DNA of 64,000 nt from assembly GCA_965226055.1 (NCBI GenBank), contig CBDDCA010000006.1:893440-957439 (forward strand), given 5' to 3'. The translations under genes were made by a program, and so were the position numbers. This DNA is from Spirochaetia bacterium. GTDB taxonomy: Bacteria; Spirochaetota; Spirochaetia; WTKD01; G963693115. The notes below the pieces were generated by a model, which had not been told where the DNA came from, searched no databases, and saw only the letters and a program-made list of their open reading frames with translations. Below are positions 50,571 to 59,796 of the stretch, piece after piece (the stretch's first letter is position 1; each line of letters opens with the position of its first letter).

Positions 50571-52115
50571 ATGGTATATGCGTATGCACCATTAGGATTG
50601 AAAGGGAAGCTGGTACAAGTAGAGGTTGATATTTGTGGAAGTATTCCAGGTGTTGAAATTGTAGGGTTGCCTTCAAGTGAAGTAAAAGAAGCCCGTGAAC
50701 GAGTAAAAATAGCTATACGAAAAAGTGGCTTTGTGTGGCCTCAAAAGAAAATACTTATCAATCTTGCTCCAGCCGATGTTAAAAAACAGGGTTCTGGGTT
50801 TGATTTACCGATTGCCTTAGGTATTCTTATTGCTACAAAACAAATAGCTGGCTTTGAACATGCTGTTATGTCGTGTGGTGAATTGCAATTAAATGGTACT
50901 ATTCGTCCTATTACCGCAGGACTTTCTGCTGTTATTGCTGCATTGGAATATGGAATTACGCATTTTGTGTTTCATGAATCTAATACAAAAGAAGGTTCTA
51001 TTACACAGCATGGCAGCTATCTTACTATTGGGCATTTAAGTGAGTTGCAACAATCATATACATGGAGTACTTCGGGAGGTCTATGTGATGAAATAGATGG
51101 GCATGATTCTCTTATAGAAAATACAAATGGTGTTGGTATGGCTGATCTTTCCTATAGTAAATCATTAAAACGTGTTATGACCATAGCTGCGGCAGGAAGA
51201 CATAATGTTTTATTGTGTGGCCCTCCAGGAACAGGAAAAACAGCAAGTGCTATTAGATTAGCGTCTTTATTGCCTAAGCTAAGCTTTGCTGAGTCCTTAG
51301 AGGTAAGTTCTCTGTATTCACAGAGTGGTATTTCTATTGAAAAGAAAGGTCTTATACAGCAAAGACCAGTACGTATTCCTCATCATACTGCATCTGTGGA
51401 AGGCATGATAGGAAGTAGTAGCAGTAATGCTTTAGGAGAGATTTCTCTTGCTCATTTGGGAGTGTTGCTATTAGATGAAGCTCCTGAATTTAAGGCTCGT
51501 GTATTGCAAGCGTTGAGAGAACCATTAGATCAGCATACAGTGCTTATTAGCCGTGCGGGACAGAAATGGGAATGTCCTGCCGACTTTCAATTACTCCTTA
51601 CTACTAACTTGTGTCCTTGTGGAAATTTTGGAAAACCACAGAGTTTAGGAGAATGGTGTATGTGTAGTGAACAAGAAATATTTCGTTATTGGAAAAAAAT
51701 TGGAGCTGCATTGTGGGATAGAATAGATATTAAATTTTCTACCCAATATAGAACACAAGGAAAAGAAGAAAATAAACTTGTTCGTTTACACGATATGGTG
51801 CAAAGAAAAATAGCGGTGCGAAATGCAAGTGATATACAAAAGCAACGCTATGAAGAAGCTCATTTGCATAATAGATGGAACTCCCGTTGTCCGAGCGATA
51901 GGGTATACTCCCTGTTTTCGTTTTCAAAAGAAGCGCATAGAAGTATACAGCATGCTTTAACGAGTCTTGGTATTAGTGAGAGAAGAAAAGTAGTACTCTA
52001 TCGTGTAGCTCAAACTATTGCTGATGTAGAAAATGAAATAAGTATCTGTAAACAACATGTAGATGAAGCGGTACAGCTGGTAAATTTTAAGCAACAACAG
52101 ATGTATGGCACATAA
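50571..52115 (+). CDS. comM: YifB/ComM family Mg-chelatase-like AAA+ ATPase
   Basis: VGLP..EVKEARERV, INLAPADVKK.GSGFDLPIA, GPPGTGKT, PHHT, LDEAPEF, LREPL, NLCPCG, DRID. Confidence 0.9.
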   Translation: MVYAYAPLGLKGKLVQVEVDICGSIPGVEIVGLPSSEVKEARERVKIAIRKSGFVWPQKKILINLAPADVKKQGSGFDLPIALGILIATKQIAGFEHAVMSCGELQLNGTIRPITAGLSAVIAALEYGITHFVFHESNTKEGSITQHGSYLTIGHLSELQQSYTWSTSGGLCDEIDGHDSLIENTNGVGMADLSYSKSLKRVMTIAAAGRHNVLLCGPPGTGKTASAIRLASLLPKLSFAESLEVSSLYSQSGISIEKKGLIQQRPVRIPHHTASVEGMIGSSSSNALGEISLAHLGVLLLDEAPEFKARVLQALREPLDQHTVLISRAGQKWECPADFQLLLTTNLCPCGNFGKPQSLGEWCMCSEQEIFRYWKKIGAALWDRIDIKFSTQYRTQGKEENKLVRLHDMVQRKIAVRNASDIQKQRYEEAHLHNRWNSRCPSDRVYSLFSFSKEAHRSIQHALTSLGISERRKVVLYRVAQTIADVENEISICKQHVDEAVQLVNFKQQQMYGT

Positions 52116-52118
52116 TAA
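52088..52118 (+). repeat. 31-bp direct repeat copy 1 (comM 3' end)
   Basis: TAAGCAACAACAGATGTATGGCACATAATAA; matches 53021-53051 with one mismatch. Confidence 0.92.
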
Positions 52119-52194
52119 GTGTAAAAAATGGAGTGATATAAAAGTACTATTAATAATATGGTATATGCTTTATAATTAATAAATATAATTAAAT

Positions 52195-52223
52195 TTGACA
52201 AAATATGGCATATGAAATATAAT
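52195..52223 (+). promoter_or_regulatory. Consensus sigma70 promoter, probably leaderless transcript
   Basis: TTGACA-17bp-TATAAT, with ATG 6 nt downstream at 52230. Confidence 0.75.
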
Positions 52224-52229
52224 AGAAAC

Positions 52230-52490
52230 ATGGATAATCAAAAAGATATGATTAAGAAGCGTCAAGCAGAAGTTGATAAAAATTATGAGGCTTTTAAGGA
52301 AATGTTTGATGATATTGTTATATCTCATAGAAATGAATATGCATTGATGAAAGGTGGCGAAATACGAGCGTATTTTTCTACTTTCAATGATGCTATAAGT
52401 GCTGGTGATATAGCATTTCCAGACAAAATGTATTCTGTACAAAAAGTAGAAAAAAAACCTGTTGATTTAGGGTATTTTTCACATGCCTAA
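52230..52490 (+). CDS. Small hypothetical protein (DUF5678-like partner of aspartyl protease)
   Basis: NYEAF...HRNEYALMKGGEI..YFSTFNDA..AG pattern; overlaps the protease start by 8 bp. Confidence 0.65.
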   Translation: MDNQKDMIKKRQAEVDKNYEAFKEMFDDIVISHRNEYALMKGGEIRAYFSTFNDAISAGDIAFPDKMYSVQKVEKKPVDLGYFSHA

Positions 52491-52941
52491 ATTTAGAGAT
52501 AAGATAAAAGATAATAAACTATTTGCTAAGGTATTTATTACCTTGCCAAAAGTATCTATTACTAATGAGATGTTTCTGAGTGGTAATTATTCTTTTGTAG
52601 CCTTGATAGATACAGGAGCTTCTCATTCTGCAATAACAAAGAAAGTGGTTGAAAAGTTGGGATTATTACCTTATAGTAAAACAACTGTGAATACAGCTAC
52701 AAAAACAGAAGAAGTAAATACATATCAGGTTTCTGTATTTATTCCTATTGAGGAATCACAAGATATATTGCAAGGTGATAGTGAGATTCAAATCGTTAGA
52801 AATGTTCATATACAACATTATCCTTTAAAGGTTTCTGAGTTACGAAGTAGTCCACATGAGTTTGATGTTATTATAGGAATGGATATTATTAAACAAGGAA
52901 TATTAATAGTAAATGGGGATAGCTTTACTTTTGCTTGTTAA
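52483..52941 (+). CDS. Retropepsin-like (clan AA) aspartic protease
   Basis: ALIDTGASHSAI catalytic motif and DVIIGMDII C-terminal motif. Confidence 0.88.
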   Translation: MPKFRDKIKDNKLFAKVFITLPKVSITNEMFLSGNYSFVALIDTGASHSAITKKVVEKLGLLPYSKTTVNTATKTEEVNTYQVSVFIPIEESQDILQGDSEIQIVRNVHIQHYPLKVSELRSSPHEFDVIIGMDIIKQGILIVNGDSFTFAC

Positions 52942-53020
52942 TGTTTATTCATTTTTTCTTATTGGCGTGTAATGTACATTGCACATTTAAGTATTCACTG
53001 TTCAAAAGGAAAGTGAATGG

Positions 53021-53051
53021 TAAGCAACAACAGATGTATGGTACATAATAA
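53021..53051 (+). repeat. 31-bp direct repeat copy 2
   Basis: TAAGCAACAACAGATGTATGGTACATAATAA. Confidence 0.92.
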
Positions 53052-53120
53052 TGGAGGGTCTTGAACAAATCTTTTTAATAACTGCGTGTTGTTCTGTTAG
53101 CAATGTGTATACTATTCTAG

Positions 53121-54779
53121 TTACATAGAACGCATATATTTTTGTACGATATGCTTAAATTTATCTCCTCTGTCAAATTCATGCTTAAACATACCAAAAG
53201 AGGCACAGCCTGGTGAAAGAATAATAATGCTGTTTGTGTTGTTATGCTTATTCATTTTCTTTGCATCAATAATGGCATTGTGTACTGCATCTTCTAAATG
53301 CATAAAAGGACCAGAATAGCTACTGTGTTCTGATCTAAGGAGCGGTAGTATTGAGTCAGTAAAGCTCCCTGCAAGAAAGTAGCTGTGAGTGGCAGCTTTG
53401 CATTCAGGGACTATGTCTTCTGCTCTGAGATTTTTATCTGTGCCTCCACAGATAAGAAATACGGGTTGTGTTGCTATACTTTTAATTTGCATAGCATGAG
53501 GAATGGTGGCAGCACTGTCATTTATAAAATGTATGCCTTGCACTGTACCAAGCGATTCTTTTCTGTGTTCAAGTGTGAGTAATTGCTTAAAACTGTGTAG
53601 GGTGTTTGGTATAGGTATGTTGTTTCCAATACAGTATGCTATTATTATGAGGATATTTTGTATCAAGTAGTGAGTACTATGTGTTTCGTTTTGTTCTGGC
53701 TGTTTGAGAGTGTTTTTGTAGATACTACTGGTTTCTATAGTACAGCATATTTTTGCAGGAGTATTTTTTTTTGTTCTATAATAGAGTGTATAGGTATCTA
53801 GTTGTGGATTTGGGTGTCGAGCAACTTGTTTTTCTGCCCAAGCACCACATGTATCATCTTCTAAAATAGTGCTACTGCTATGCCATATACAGTGTTCTGG
53901 CTTATATAATAAAGCAATACGTTTTCCCCATGTATCATGAGGCAGAATAACACTATATTTTGTGTGTGTCTCCGATCTGTGTATGTTTTGTTGCTGTATA
54001 TGATGTGCAAATTTCTTAAATATGAATATTTTATGATTAAAATAATCTTCCATATCTTTATAGTAATTTAAGTGATCGCGCATAAGGTTGGTAAATACAA
54101 GGCATTGTATAGTATGTAAAGAAAGATGCGAGGTATATTGTAAATCTCCACTTTGCTGTGCAGAGAGTTCGCATACTATATGATAGGGAATATGCTGAGG
54201 GATTGTTTGCGTTGTATCTTGTGTGTCTATTGCACTGTGTACTGATAGTACAGAATTGCGAATATTTCCTACAAGCTGTACTTGCTTGTCTAGGTTTGTT
54301 GTATGTTGTAGATGTTGTTGTAATCGATAGAGGGCGGTACTAATACTTGATTTTCCTTTTGTTCCAGTAACCATAGTAATGTTTGTGTTATAGTTTTGTA
54401 TGTTATGGTTTTTCGTATGAGGGGTTTTTGTATGGAAAGCATTTAAGAATAATGATATATCGGTTTCTATTTTTTTGTTTTGTGCTATTGCATAGCGTAA
54501 AATAGGGGATTGTGGTGGAATTGCAGGGTTTTTGATAATGTAGTCTGCTTTATCAATGTATTGTTTACTATGTCCTCCAAACTCATATGCTATGGGAATA
54601 TGCGAAAGAGATTGTATTATCTCATAAAATCGCTCTTTTGTTGCAAGCTCACTCACTAATATTTGCTTTGCTTTTTGTGAATGAGCAAACAGAATAGCAT
54701 ACTTTCCTCCTCCATGGAGGCCTAATCCTAAAATGAGAACTATTTTATCTGTAAGCTGTGTATCTGTACTGTTTTTCAT
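53121..54779 (-). CDS. murD: UDP-N-acetylmuramoyl-L-alanine--D-glutamate ligase
   Basis: ILGLGLHGGG, VTGTKGKSS, GNI, DHLNYY, EHR, FINDSAAT, LSPGCASFGMFKHEFDRG. Confidence 0.92.
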   Translation of the reverse strand: MKNSTDTQLTDKIVLILGLGLHGGGKYAILFAHSQKAKQILVSELATKERFYEIIQSLSHIPIAYEFGGHSKQYIDKADYIIKNPAIPPQSPILRYAIAQNKKIETDISLFLNAFHTKTPHTKNHNIQNYNTNITMVTGTKGKSSISTALYRLQQHLQHTTNLDKQVQLVGNIRNSVLSVHSAIDTQDTTQTIPQHIPYHIVCELSAQQSGDLQYTSHLSLHTIQCLVFTNLMRDHLNYYKDMEDYFNHKIFIFKKFAHHIQQQNIHRSETHTKYSVILPHDTWGKRIALLYKPEHCIWHSSSTILEDDTCGAWAEKQVARHPNPQLDTYTLYYRTKKNTPAKICCTIETSSIYKNTLKQPEQNETHSTHYLIQNILIIIAYCIGNNIPIPNTLHSFKQLLTLEHRKESLGTVQGIHFINDSAATIPHAMQIKSIATQPVFLICGGTDKNLRAEDIVPECKAATHSYFLAGSFTDSILPLLRSEHSSYSGPFMHLEDAVHNAIIDAKKMNKHNNTNSIIILSPGCASFGMFKHEFDRGDKFKHIVQKYMRSM

Positions 54780-54869
54780 ACTTATTTATCTGTAAGCGGC
54801 ATATCTCTATTGTAGCATTATTAGTATATATTGCTATAGTGCATGTATATTTTTTTGTATTTCATCGCA

Positions 54870-54883
54870 TTTTTTTTTTTTTT
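54870..54883 (+). repeat. T14 homopolymer upstream of the third lipoprotein gene
   Basis: 14 consecutive T in the divergent murD/lipoprotein intergenic region. Confidence 0.85.
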
Positions 54884-54980
54884 AATTTATAGAGATAACA
54901 CAAAAAATAGTATTTGTACTATAATGATGCTTAGGTGTAATGATAATTATACAATAATAGATACCAACAAGGAGATCATT

Positions 54981-57900
54981 ATGAAAAAAAGTAATGAAGA
55001 ACTAAACTATCAGCTTAATAGTAAGCTACAAAATAAGTATAGCATAACTCTAATTATACTAGCAGTGCTAGCAATAACTACCTTCGTACTCGTAGGATGT
55101 TCAGAGAGTAGCAGCAGTTCCTCAGGCGGAGGGGGAAATTCAGTAACCTCGACACTCGCATCAGTGTCCAATGTGCAGATACAAGCAGCAGGCAACGATG
55201 GGACGCTCTCGTTACGCTGGGAAGCTCCCAGTGATGCCACACATGTAGTCGTAAAAGCTACATCTACCGCACCAGCACAGTCCATACAGGTTCGTGTTCC
55301 TGCAATAGAATATCAAACGCTCTTTCAACAAGGACAATCGTACCAACTCAAAGGCTTACAAGCACTCACCGACTACACCGTAGAGGTAGAAGCACAAAAG
55401 GACACGGAAGTATCACCAAAAATAACACGCTCTGTGACAACATTTACCGATGAAACTGCACCACAGGACACCTTTACACAGATAGCAGTAGAATCAGCAA
55501 CAAATGGCATAAAGATAACATGGGACAAAGCACTGCTTTCGTCAGGCAAGACAGACATAGCAGAAGCTACAATACAAGTGATAGAAAGAACTACTAATGT
55601 AAGGACAGAAGTATCAGTACAAGATGTAACACAAGGAGAGGTGGACATTGCTGTCCCTACGATAGACGGCATAAGCTATGATATAGTAGTAGTATACAAA
55701 GATAGCAACGGTAACAAAAGTACGGCAAAGCAAGCACTCAGAGGCATAGTGCCATCAGCACTCTCACAAACAGTAGCACCACTTTCCGCATCAGACCTTA
55801 CAGTAACAGCAAACGATAAAAGCAATAACCCAGCCGATGAAAGCCTGCTTATCAAGTGGGGGAGTTTTGACTTTGGAACAGGAAGTACAGAAAAAAGCCT
55901 CCAAGTACGCGTTATAGCAACCGCAACAAACACAGTAGTAGCAGAAGAAACTGTGAACAATAGCAGTACTGCAACACTCAGCAGTGCAACCGCACAAAAC
56001 AAAGAGTATGCGACTGTATATGTAGCAAAAGATGGCATAGCCCTCACAAAACTCTACGGTACGCTTACTTACAAAGTAGAAGTGTATGTTTTTAAAAACG
56101 GAAAGTATTCCACTGCAGTTTCAAAAGAACAAGCAACAACAGACAAAAGCACAGAGCCTGTAAGCAATGTGAGTGCAGTAGGAGGAGCAACAAGCATAGT
56201 AGTCGGCTGGCAAGCCCCCGATGTACGGGATTATGCAGGAGTGACTATAACAGCAACAGAAAAAGACAGCAGTTCTCCAGCAAAGACAGTAACAATAACA
56301 GAGAGAACAGTACGCAACACGCAGATAACAGGCCTCAAAGCTACCACTGAGTATACAGTGGCAGTCGTATCAATGGACAGTGCAGGCAACAAAGGAACAG
56401 AAGCAACAGCCACAGTCACTACCACAGCAGATAGCACCGCCCCCGATGCAGTGACAAACATACAAGCAAGCTATCCTTTTGTATCAGCAGCAAAGATAGG
56501 CACACAGATAACATGGACAGCCCCCGATACAACAAAAGCCAACAACAAAGACATAAAAGAATACAGCATAAGCATAGCAGAAAAAGGCACAAGCACCACA
56601 GTACTGAGCGAGAAGAAAATACCCTATCCTACGACATCACTCTCTGTAGAAGAACTCACGCAAGGCAAAACATATACCATAACAATACTCACGCTTGATT
56701 ACTCAGAAAACAAAAGTAGCCAAGCAACAAAAGACATAACCACCCCCAACTCACTCACAGCTCCCTCAGAGGATCTCTTTCAAAGCAAGCCTACTCTTGA
56801 TAAAACAGGAGCAGTGCAGATAAAAGCAACTTTTAAGAATGCTCCTGGCATAGGACGATACTATACTTTGCGTATGAAAGATGGAGCTACCTTAATAGCA
56901 GAAAAAAGCATAACAAACACAGCAACCACCATTAGCTTTGGCATAGCAGATGGCGTAGAAGTACCCAAGAGCCAAGCAAATGCCAAGAATTATCGCTTTG
57001 ATTTTCTGCAAATAGCAAATAACAGAGTAAGCCCCGTAACCGCACTGAGTGATGCAGTAGCAGTATACGATAGTACCTCAACAGCACCGCCTGCTCCCAA
57101 AGATGCAAAGCTCTCCGTAGAGTCAGTAACCCAAACAACTGCAACAGCAGTCTATACATTTAGTGCAGGAGACATTACCAATGATAACAAAGCTCCCAGT
57201 GGAGCAAAACTCACGCAGGCACAAATACAGTACAAAGTATACATAGCAGAAGGAGACCATAGCACAAAGACACTAGACGAAATAAAAGCCCTTGCAGGAG
57301 TACAAACACGGGAGCTAGCAGGAAACAGCACCCCATTAAAAGCAACATTTATAGGAACAAAAGGAGCAGACTATACCGCAGGAGTAGAAGCAATAAACAG
57401 CCTCAATCCTTCGTATAGCATAGGAGCATCAGCAACAATAAAGAAAGCAAGCCTTACTGCTCCCCCAAGCACACCAAAAGTAACGACTTACACTAACAGT
57501 AATGCAGTGGTATTTGCAGTGCCTACCACAGGAGGCAATAGAGGAAAAAAAGTAATAACAGTACAACTCAATGCCTCAGCAATAGCAGGAGTGAGCAAGG
57601 CAAATGGCAATGCCCTTGAAGCGACAGACCTTGCGTACTATGTGCTATATCTCAAGAAAGAAGATACCACAGGAAAGCCTGCCAGCGTATCAGCTTTATG
57701 GGCAGTGGAAAAAAGTAGTGTAAAGGTAGCAAAATACACAAAAGCAACAGGAACAACTCAAGACACAATATCCATAGCAATAGTAGACAGCACCAGTGGA
57801 AGCAATGCAGGAGCAACGCCCATAGAAACAGCAAAAGATTACTACATAGGAGTGAGGATAGTAAACACAACATCCCCCAATTACGATGCATCCAATAGTG

Positions 57901-59720
57901 GCAAGCTCTTTCCTGCAGGCTTTTACACCGATGTAACGGAAATAAAGGAAATCTATACTTCCAAAGCAGTAGCACCAAATCAGCCATTACTAGCAGGAAA
58001 GCTGGTAGTATCACCGTCAACAAATACTACAGGAACAATAAAGCTGGTACTTACCGAGCTAAGTACATTTACAGGAGCAAAAGACTACGATGGCACAAGC
58101 ATAACAGCAAATGACAAGCTAGTATACACCGTGTACGGCTTACAGAAAGACGGCACTGCTACCGTAGCAGAAGTACTTGCAGGCAGAAAAGTAAACCTAG
58201 GCAGTGCAAGTAGCGGAGTGTACACAGTACCAGCCCTTGCCAGTTTAGGCTTGTCTTCAGACACAGCACCAGTAGTAGCAATAAAAGGAGCGACAAAGTA
58301 TTACTTTGTGGTAGAAGTAGCAGTAAAAACAGACCCAAGCAAAAAAGTGGCCTCCTCAACAGTGGTAAGCGTAACAACCGCATCGCAGGCGACTGCCCCC
58401 GCAGAAGTATCAACTATACAGACGAGAGTAGCCCAGACAGGTATGAGAGTATCGTGGACAGCCCCCAGCCTCAGTGCAAGCCACAAAGCAAATACAGGAG
58501 CTACCCTAACAACAGCACAAGTATCGTACAAAGTATACAAAGTAGCCAAGAGTGGCAGTGCAAGAAATGTAGCAGCAATAAAACAAGCAGACTCAAGTCC
58601 TACAACAGTAGGAGCAGGAACAACAAACACTACCCTGACAGGATTAACAAATGGAACGACCTACGAAATAGTAGTGCAAGCAGTAAACAGCACCGATCCT
58701 GCAAAAGAATCGACAGGAGAACGCCACGAGTTTGAAGCAAGAGGAATAGCTATAGGAAACACTAGCATAGTATCAGCAGAAGTAGGCAAAACACCAGCAA
58801 TAAATACTACAAGAGTATTAGCAAGCACACCCAGTGGCAATGCCTTTACCTGTGATGCCACCATACTAGAGGCAGATGCAAAGAAAATCAAAAAAGAGAC
58901 AGGCCTAGCAGTATCGTTTGAACAGAGTAGCAAAACAGTTACCATAACAGGCATAGCAAATAAGTCCAATATACGAGACACTGCCATTACTGAGTATAGC
59001 TATGATGTAGCACAGTGTACCCTTACTGCTTCAAAGAAAAAAGTACCAGCCACTATTGTTATACGGACAGATATAAGAACAGCACCATCAGGAAAAGCAG
59101 AAGCCTATTATAGACCAACGACAAAGAAAGCACTACAAACTATTATCAGTGAAGAAAAAACAAGGCAAGGTTCAGGAGGAAACAGCAACCCTAGCCCCAA
59201 CCTCAACATGATAGACACGAGTGCCATTACTGATATGAGTCAGTTATTTTTGAGTGATAGTACTTTTAATGGAGACATAACACAGTGGAATACCAGTAAT
59301 GTAACGGATATGGAGGCTATGTTTTATATGGAAGGTGAAAGCAGTGGTGCTTTTAATCAAGATATAGGAGATTGGGATGTGAGTAAAGTTACTAATATGA
59401 GTAGTATGTTTGCTATTTCTACTAAGTTTGATAAAGATATAGGAGATTGGGATGTGAGTAAAGTTACTATTATGAATGGTATGTTTGTTGGTGCAGCTGC
59501 TTTTGATCAAGATATAAGTGATTGGAATATGAGAAATGTTTTAAATGTATCATTTATGTTTAGGTTTGCTAGTGCATTTGATCAAGATTTATCATCGTGG
59601 AAAATTTGTAAACTTAAAGTAAGTAATTTTTATATTTCCAGTATGTTTGCCAATTCACCTTTAGCAGGAGTTTCAAGCAAGCACCCAAAATTCAAAGGAT
59701 CTGCAGAGTGTAGCTCATAG
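54981..59720 (+). CDS. Large surface lipoprotein: FN3-like stalk plus BspA/DUF285 tip (paralog of 1367-6820)
   Basis: AAGGAG RBS before ATG 54981; lipobox VLVG-C; collinear with 1367-6820 (e.g. YVAKDGIALTKLYGT, GGNxGKKVITVQ); about 4 full BspA repeats. Confidence 0.88.
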   Translation: MKKSNEELNYQLNSKLQNKYSITLIILAVLAITTFVLVGCSESSSSSSGGGGNSVTSTLASVSNVQIQAAGNDGTLSLRWEAPSDATHVVVKATSTAPAQSIQVRVPAIEYQTLFQQGQSYQLKGLQALTDYTVEVEAQKDTEVSPKITRSVTTFTDETAPQDTFTQIAVESATNGIKITWDKALLSSGKTDIAEATIQVIERTTNVRTEVSVQDVTQGEVDIAVPTIDGISYDIVVVYKDSNGNKSTAKQALRGIVPSALSQTVAPLSASDLTVTANDKSNNPADESLLIKWGSFDFGTGSTEKSLQVRVIATATNTVVAEETVNNSSTATLSSATAQNKEYATVYVAKDGIALTKLYGTLTYKVEVYVFKNGKYSTAVSKEQATTDKSTEPVSNVSAVGGATSIVVGWQAPDVRDYAGVTITATEKDSSSPAKTVTITERTVRNTQITGLKATTEYTVAVVSMDSAGNKGTEATATVTTTADSTAPDAVTNIQASYPFVSAAKIGTQITWTAPDTTKANNKDIKEYSISIAEKGTSTTVLSEKKIPYPTTSLSVEELTQGKTYTITILTLDYSENKSSQATKDITTPNSLTAPSEDLFQSKPTLDKTGAVQIKATFKNAPGIGRYYTLRMKDGATLIAEKSITNTATTISFGIADGVEVPKSQANAKNYRFDFLQIANNRVSPVTALSDAVAVYDSTSTAPPAPKDAKLSVESVTQTTATAVYTFSAGDITNDNKAPSGAKLTQAQIQYKVYIAEGDHSTKTLDEIKALAGVQTRELAGNSTPLKATFIGTKGADYTAGVEAINSLNPSYSIGASATIKKASLTAPPSTPKVTTYTNSNAVVFAVPTTGGNRGKKVITVQLNASAIAGVSKANGNALEATDLAYYVLYLKKEDTTGKPASVSALWAVEKSSVKVAKYTKATGTTQDTISIAIVDSTSGSNAGATPIETAKDYYIGVRIVNTTSPNYDASNSGKLFPAGFYTDVTEIKEIYTSKAVAPNQPLLAGKLVVSPSTNTTGTIKLVLTELSTFTGAKDYDGTSITANDKLVYTVYGLQKDGTATVAEVLAGRKVNLGSASSGVYTVPALASLGLSSDTAPVVAIKGATKYYFVVEVAVKTDPSKKVASSTVVSVTTASQATAPAEVSTIQTRVAQTGMRVSWTAPSLSASHKANTGATLTTAQVSYKVYKVAKSGSARNVAAIKQADSSPTTVGAGTTNTTLTGLTNGTTYEIVVQAVNSTDPAKESTGERHEFEARGIAIGNTSIVSAEVGKTPAINTTRVLASTPSGNAFTCDATILEADAKKIKKETGLAVSFEQSSKTVTITGIANKSNIRDTAITEYSYDVAQCTLTASKKKVPATIVIRTDIRTAPSGKAEAYYRPTTKKALQTIISEEKTRQGSGGNSNPSPNLNMIDTSAITDMSQLFLSDSTFNGDITQWNTSNVTDMEAMFYMEGESSGAFNQDIGDWDVSKVTNMSSMFAISTKFDKDIGDWDVSKVTIMNGMFVGAAAFDQDISDWNMRNVLNVSFMFRFASAFDQDLSSWKICKLKVSNFYISSMFANSPLAGVSSKHPKFKGSAECSS

Positions 59721-59740
59721 TAGAATATAAGAAGCACACC

Positions 59741-59772
59741 TATAGCAAGAAAGGATGCTCTTTCTTGCTATA
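59741..59772. terminator. Hairpin between convergent genes (probable terminator)
   Basis: TATAGCAAGAAAG-GATGCT-CTTTCTTGCTATA perfect inverted repeat. Confidence 0.75.
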
Positions 59773-59796
59773 GAACCACAGAGCAGTAGGGAGTGT

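Noticed and set aside
52941-53020. Hairpins after the protease as an integron attC site
   Set aside because: No convincing RYYYAAC/GTTRRRY core pair, no cassette array and no integrase.
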